Positions 61,470 to 64,000 of a DNA stretch of 64,000 nt are shown here, one piece after another. The DNA lies in NCBI GenBank assembly GCA_021817785.1, contig JAKAFY010000002.1, forward strand, positions 11,750 through 75,749, in the 5' to 3' direction. The notes beneath the pieces are model-generated. The model made no database searches, was not told the DNA's origin, and saw only the letters and a program-made list of their open reading frames with translations. The position numbers and the translations under genes were made by a program. The DNA is from a bacterium (lineage in GTDB: Bacteria > Patescibacteriota > Microgenomatia > UBA10105 > UBA927). The stretch's first letter is position 1. Every line of letters begins with the position of its first letter.

Positions 61470-62771
61470 TTACTTTAAATTCACCACATAGAGGTTGTTG
61501 ACTTCGGAGGCCGATGAATTGAGGTTGGTTAAAATCACGAGTTTCCCGCCGCTGGCCCAGGGCACGGCGAAACTATCCCAAAACGGGCCGGCGTAGGCCG
61601 TACGCACATTTGCCCCGTCGTAATCCATGATCTGTACTTTATCTTTGACCACATATACCAGATGCCGTGAGGTAGGCAGCCAGCGCAGTATGGTGCTGAC
61701 GTCGACAACGGGCGTTGGTGTCGGAAGTGTGCCTTTCCGTACCGGTGTGGGAATCGGGGCGACGGGAAACTGCGCCGCATTTAACACCAGGTAATTCCTA
61801 TCTTCTTTGATGTCGTAGACGTAGAGATTGTTCGGTTTGATCGTGCGGGTTTCTTCCGTAGGATCGGTGCCGATAATCGGCGGGGTGATGATTTGGGGAA
61901 GGGTTGCGCTTGCGGTGGCTTCATACAGAATCTTTGTTTCGTCCGGGGACAGGGCGATGATGGTAGCAGACGTCGATGCCACATCGGTAAACGCGGGAGG
62001 GATGGTAACCAACTGTTCTTTGGTCCGCTGATCTTTGAGCGTTTGCCAATCAGTTTGAACTGTTTTGATATTGATAAGCGTAAGATTGGGATTGAGTTTG
62101 TCGGTATCCAAAAGGTAACCGAGTGGTGCGGACAGGCCGGTCTGTGTCGGCGGAGTGGCGAGTATCTGCTTGCTGTCCGGAGACCAGTGCAGCGCGGCCT
62201 TGCTGAAGTCTGTGCCGTTACTCTGGGCAATCTGCCGGGCATCGCGGTTTAATCCCAGTGGTTTGTCTACCAGGTCTAATACCCATATGCCGGGTCGGGT
62301 AGGAGAAAGCGTACCGGAAATGGTGGCCTGCGGCTGGTCCGGGACGACGTAGGCAAGCTTGCTGCCGTCGGGAGAGAGTATCGGCGATACCACTCCGCTG
62401 ACGGTAAGGGCAGTCAGAGACGGATTGACGGGTAAAAGTAGTGCATCGATTTTTGTGACCACTTCTCCCTGGACTTTGACCCGTTTTTTCCAGGGCTGGA
62501 ATCCTTCTTTGGCTATAGTGACGTTGTACCAGCCGGGAGCGAGAGTGAGGGTGGCCTGTGTGGCCGTGGTAATTTTGTCATCCACGATGATCTGGGCGCC
62601 TGACGGATCGGACTGCGCGACGACCAGCCCTGTGGCATTGAGTTCCCGGTCGCCGAAATTAAACCGGTAGCCGCGCCCATAGGAAATAATCGCGGCAGCC
62701 GTGCCGAATATGATACATACCGTAACGAAAGATATCAGAAATGATCGGATATTTGAAAACATACGGAACAC
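61470..62771 (-). CDS. membrane-anchored PEGA-domain plus PD40/TolB-like beta-propeller protein
   Basis: N-terminal TM anchor, a PEGA-like region (LAPGWYNVTIAKEGFQPWKKRVKV), and repeated WSPDSKQIL/LSPDGSKLAY/LSPDETKILY PD40-type blades. Confidence 0.6.
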   Translation of the reverse strand: MFRMFSNIRSFLISFVTVCIIFGTAAAIISYGRGYRFNFGDRELNATGLVVAQSDPSGAQIIVDDKITTATQATLTLAPGWYNVTIAKEGFQPWKKRVKVQGEVVTKIDALLLPVNPSLTALTVSGVVSPILSPDGSKLAYVVPDQPQATISGTLSPTRPGIWVLDLVDKPLGLNRDARQIAQSNGTDFSKAALHWSPDSKQILATPPTQTGLSAPLGYLLDTDKLNPNLTLINIKTVQTDWQTLKDQRTKEQLVTIPPAFTDVASTSATIIALSPDETKILYEATASATLPQIITPPIIGTDPTEETRTIKPNNLYVYDIKEDRNYLVLNAAQFPVAPIPTPVRKGTLPTPTPVVDVSTILRWLPTSRHLVYVVKDKVQIMDYDGANVRTAYAGPFWDSFAVPWASGGKLVILTNLNSSASEVNNLYVVNLK

Positions 62772-62975
62772 ATATGGTGTGGGAATACCGAAAATGTTCC
62801 TGATCGATAGTTCTCTCCGATGGATCGCGTTCCGCGCAGCTTTTTGATCTACAAGTATATCGTAACGTCGGTATACCGGAGGTCACACTCGGGAAGTGAT
62901 CAGCGAAAATTTTTGTTCCCCTGCACCCGTGTACTGTCGCCCGTATTATACGTCGTACTGTGTTAGAATACTACT

Positions 62976-64000
62976 ATGTTCGGATTCACGAAACGGTTGG
63001 GAATTGACTTGGGCACTGCCAATAGCGTCGTGTGGCTGGCAGGCAGCGGCGTGGTCTTAAACGAACCCACTGTAGTCGCTGTAACGGTAGATGACGGGCG
63101 GGTGGTGGCAGTAGGAAACGAAGCCAAGGATATGTTGGGCAGAACCCCGGGCAATATCACCGCCAGTCGTCCCATGCGGGACGGGGTGATAGCCGACTAT
63201 CAGATCACGGAAGCCATGCTCTCGTACTTTATCGACCGCGCAGTCGGCAGAAACCGCATATTTAAGCCGGAAATCATGATCTGCGTGCCTACCGGGGCCT
63301 CCCAGGTGGAGCGCAGGGCGGTCATCGATGCCACGCTTGCCGCCGGTGCACGGGTGGCATATCTCATCGAAGAGCCGCTGGCTGCTGCCATAGGCGCCAA
63401 AATCCCCATAGCCCAGGCGTCGGGACACATGATCGTGGATATCGGCGGAGGGAGTACGGAAGCGGCCGTCATATCACTAGGCGGCGTCGTAGTCCACAAA
63501 AGCGCCCGCGTAGCCGGAAACAAGCTGGATGAAGCGATCGCCAACTTTGTGAAGAAAAATTACAACCTGATTATCGGCGAACGGATGGCAGAGGCGATCA
63601 AAATCACTATCGGGGATGCAATGGGAAGTCAGACAAAAGTAAACAGTTCACAGTTCACGGAAAAACAAAAACAATTGGCAACTGGCAACTCAAAACTGCC
63701 TGCTGATTCTATGGAGGTGCGCGGCCGGGACGCGGTATCCGGATTGCCGAGAATCATCACGGTAACGCGCGCAGAGCTTACGGCTGCGATAACGCCGGTG
63801 CTTCATCACATCATTTCCGCCATAAAAAGTGTCCTGGAGGAAACGCCGCCGGAGCTTGCCGCGGATATTATCGACAAAGGGATCGTCATGGCAGGAGGCA
63901 CGAGCCTGCTGCGGAATTTTGACAAGCTGGTGACGCAGATGACCGGCGTGCCGGCCCACGTGGCCGATGAGCCGCTTCTGTGTGTCGTGCGGGGCACCGG
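62976..64000 (+). CDS. mreB: rod shape-determining protein MreB (3'-truncated by the window end) with an in-frame insertion
   Basis: MFGFTKRLGIDLGTANSVV, MICVPTGASQVERRAV, and IVDIGGGSTEAAVISLGG actin-fold motifs. No stop codon before the window end. Confidence 0.9.
   Translation, partial: MFGFTKRLGIDLGTANSVVWLAGSGVVLNEPTVVAVTVDDGRVVAVGNEAKDMLGRTPGNITASRPMRDGVIADYQITEAMLSYFIDRAVGRNRIFKPEIMICVPTGASQVERRAVIDATLAAGARVAYLIEEPLAAAIGAKIPIAQASGHMIVDIGGGSTEAAVISLGGVVVHKSARVAGNKLDEAIANFVKKNYNLIIGERMAEAIKITIGDAMGSQTKVNSSQFTEKQKQLATGNSKLPADSMEVRGRDAVSGLPRIITVTRAELTAAITPVLHHIISAIKSVLEETPPELAADIIDKGIVMAGGTSLLRNFDKLVTQMTGVPAHVADEPLLCVVRGT

Noticed and set aside
1-64000. CRISPR array or cas genes
   Set aside because: No series of regularly spaced identical direct repeats anywhere in the window. 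The PaaX-like protein superficially resembles Cas2 (W..W.V.FDIP..R...R..L...GF...Q.SVY) but it carries the N-terminal winged helix and the PaaX_C signature, so it is not called Cas2.
1-64000. Transposases, integrases, reverse transcriptase (DGR/retron/group II intron)
   Set aside because: No ORF shows DDE, tyrosine-recombinase R-H-R-Y, serine-recombinase or YxDD RT motifs. The palindromic elements are therefore treated as non-autonomous.

Overview
This 64 kb window looks like a bacterial chromosomal region using the standard genetic code (TGA is used as a stop), with densely packed genes on both strands. Clear housekeeping genes are argS, lepA, mreB (3'-truncated by the window edge), ndk, two tandem adenylate-kinase-like genes, maf, an M16 zinc peptidase, an inositol-monophosphatase-family gene, tRNA-Arg(CCT) and tRNA-Pro(CGG). 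Ion transport genes are a Kup K+ transporter, an Nramp-related transporter with non-canonical metal-site motifs, and an adjacent soluble MgtE_N+CBS protein. Cell-envelope genes are a GT4 glycosyltransferase overlapping a 952-aa polytopic membrane protein, a sortase with a nearby LPVAG-anchored surface protein, and a GNAT acetyltransferase. A 2098-aa giant protein is flanked by small acidic proteins. Accessory content includes a PaaX-like regulator bracketed by a 4-copy palindromic operator-like motif, a tandem array of five diverged paralogs, a HigB/HigA-like toxin-antitoxin pair, an island of about ten small membrane-anchored or secreted proteins, and a second trio of small paralogs. The most unusual signal is a set of short palindromic or repetitive DNA elements that sit in-frame inside conserved housekeeping genes (argS, lepA, probably mreB and the giant gene). 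One family also has an intergenic master-like copy next to a dense array of distinct hairpins, reminiscent of Rickettsia palindromic elements. I found no CRISPR array, rRNA, transposase or reverse transcriptase. The giant protein and the insertion-laden housekeeping genes are weakly suggestive of a CPR/Patescibacteria-like or episymbiotic lineage; this is inference only.
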